DNA of 15,322 nucleotides from positions 1 through 15,322 of the forward strand of contig JBKHCX010000056.1 in NCBI GenBank assembly GCA_046541615.1, given 5' to 3'. Under the pieces are notes generated by a model. That model was not told the origin of the DNA. It saw nothing but the letters and a program-made list of their open reading frames with translations, and made no database searches. Positions 14,184 through 15,322 of the stretch are shown here, in pieces. Position numbers and translations under genes: made by a program. The stretch is from Puniceicoccaceae bacterium. Lineage in GTDB: Bacteria; Verrucomicrobiota; Verrucomicrobiia; Opitutales; Puniceicoccaceae. Each line of letters starts with the position of its first letter. Positions within the stretch are counted from its first letter, which is position 1.

Positions 14184-15322
14184 AACCCCTCCCGGAGCGC
14201 CCCCCCGGGCTCCTCCCGTTTCCCGGCGGCGGCGCTCTCGGCCAGCTCCTCCAGATCGGCCACCAGATCCTCCTTGCGGTTGGAGTCCTCGATCAGTTCG
14301 AGGTTCGTCCGGATCCGGTCCAGCAGGCCGGGATCCCGGAGAAAGGCCACCACCTCGTCGCACAGGCTATCAAGGTAATCCTGCTCGACCACCACGCACC
14401 CCCCCCGCGCCTCGAAATAGCGGGCGTTCTCCCTCTGGTGCCCGTCCGCCGCGTACGGATACGGAACCAGGATCGAGGGCAGGGCGCAGCGCGTCAATTC
14501 GGCAATGGCCCCCGCCCCGGCGCGCGACACCGCCAGGTCCGCCGCCGAGAGCACCAGGTGCATCGCATCGCAAAAGCCCACCGAATGGCAGCGCCGGACG
14601 CAGCCGGACGAATCCTTCTCCTCCAGCACGCCCTCCGCGCCCTTGCCCAGCCCGCGGACGCAGTAGATATCGACCCCCTCTCCCAGAAGCTTCCGGTAGT
14701 GCCGGTCCACCCAGTCGTTGAGCGCCGACGCCCCCTGGCTGCCGCCGCACACGACGAGCAGGAATCCATCGCGGGAAAGCCCCAGTTTCTCGCGGGCCCC
14801 GCGCCGGGAAATCCGCCGGAACTCGCGGCGGACGGGGTATCCGAAATGGCGGACGGCCCCGGGGGAGACCCCGGCCAGGCGCACTCCCGTCGGCAGGTAC
14901 ACCCGCCGGGCGAAACGCTTGAGCAGCCGGATCGCCCGCCCCGGCCTGCGGTTCGCCTCGTGGAGGGCCACCGGCAGCCGCAGGAGCCGCGCCGCCAGCA
15001 CGATCCCCACGGAGAGAAAGCCGCCGAAAGCAAGAACCAGATCCGGGTTCTCCCGGCGCAGCAGCCGCCGGCCGGAAAGAAGCCCCTTGACCGACCCGCT
15101 GATAAAGCGGCCCAACTCCCCCGGGCGCCTGCCGAAGGCCGCTCCCGGCAGCCGTACGAAATCCAGATGGGCGTACTTGCGGACGAGGCGCGAATCGACC
15201 TCCTTGTAGCTGATCAGCAGCGAGCACCGGTGACCCCTCGCCAACAGCTCCTCCGCGACCGCGATTCCAGGGGCAAGGTGCCCGCCCGTGCCCCCGCACG
15301 CTATCAGAAATTTGCGTCCCAT
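14180..15322 (-). CDS. murG: Undecaprenyl-PP-MurNAc-pentapeptide-UDP-GlcNAc GlcNAc transferase MurG, 380 aa
   Basis: The N-terminus ACGGTGGHLAPGIAVAEEL is the MurG G-loop. The C-terminal half carries VCGGSQGA and RAGAGAIAELT. The ATG is the last three bases of the window (15320-15322), so the gene is complete but its upstream context is missing. Confidence 0.93.
   Translation of the reverse strand: MGRKFLIACGGTGGHLAPGIAVAEELLARGHRCSLLISYKEVDSRLVRKYAHLDFVRLPGAAFGRRPGELGRFISGSVKGLLSGRRLLRRENPDLVLAFGGFLSVGIVLAARLLRLPVALHEANRRPGRAIRLLKRFARRVYLPTGVRLAGVSPGAVRHFGYPVRREFRRISRRGAREKLGLSRDGFLLVVCGGSQGASALNDWVDRHYRKLLGEGVDIYCVRGLGKGAEGVLEEKDSSGCVRRCHSVGFCDAMHLVLSAADLAVSRAGAGAIAELTRCALPSILVPYPYAADGHQRENARYFEARGGCVVVEQDYLDSLCDEVVAFLRDPGLLDRIRTNLELIEDSNRKEDLVADLEELAESAAAGKREEPGGALREGL

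Noticed and set aside
1-15322. Looked for CRISPR arrays, IS or transposon ends, integrases, toxin-antitoxin or defence-type gene pairs
   Set aside because: None was seen. All substantial coding capacity is accounted for by housekeeping metabolism and dcw genes, and the only repeats are those described above.

Overview
This is a very GC-rich bacterial chromosomal window with a strong G/C bias at third codon positions. That bias creates many long spurious ORFs in wrong frames and on the antisense strand.

Left part (1-7.3 kb):
- A minus-strand adenylate-kinase-family gene carries an unassigned C-terminal extension of about 140 aa.
- It is transcribed divergently from a small CGWS (monothiol-type) glutaredoxin-like gene.
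- Next on the plus strand is the glutamate synthase large subunit gltB (1512 aa), with no gltD next to it.
- After gltB comes a small signal-peptide protein built from three tandem repeats of about 43 aa.

Right part (7.3-15.3 kb, all minus strand): the distal end of a division/cell-wall (dcw) cluster in canonical order, murG, a murC-murB fusion, ddl, ftsQ, ftsA, ftsZ.

I saw no rRNA, tRNA, CRISPR array, transposase or integrase. I do not see a clearly novel multi-gene system.

Items most worth a second look:
1. The ftsZ homologue has eroded GTP-binding (T4) and catalytic (T7) motifs but keeps an intact FtsA-docking tail.
2. A 358-bp ftsQ-ftsA spacer is the only non-overlapping junction in the cluster. 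It contains an 84-nt AT-rich palindrome predicted to fold as a three-way junction.
3. The kinase-like protein has an unknown C-terminal domain.
4. The MurC-MurB fusion has Cys at the MurB general-acid Ser position.

The fusion, the GC content and the divergent FtsZ suggest a PVC-superphylum (Verrucomicrobiota-like) origin, but this is inference only. All homology statements come from by-eye alignment to remembered E. coli and B. subtilis sequences, not from searches.
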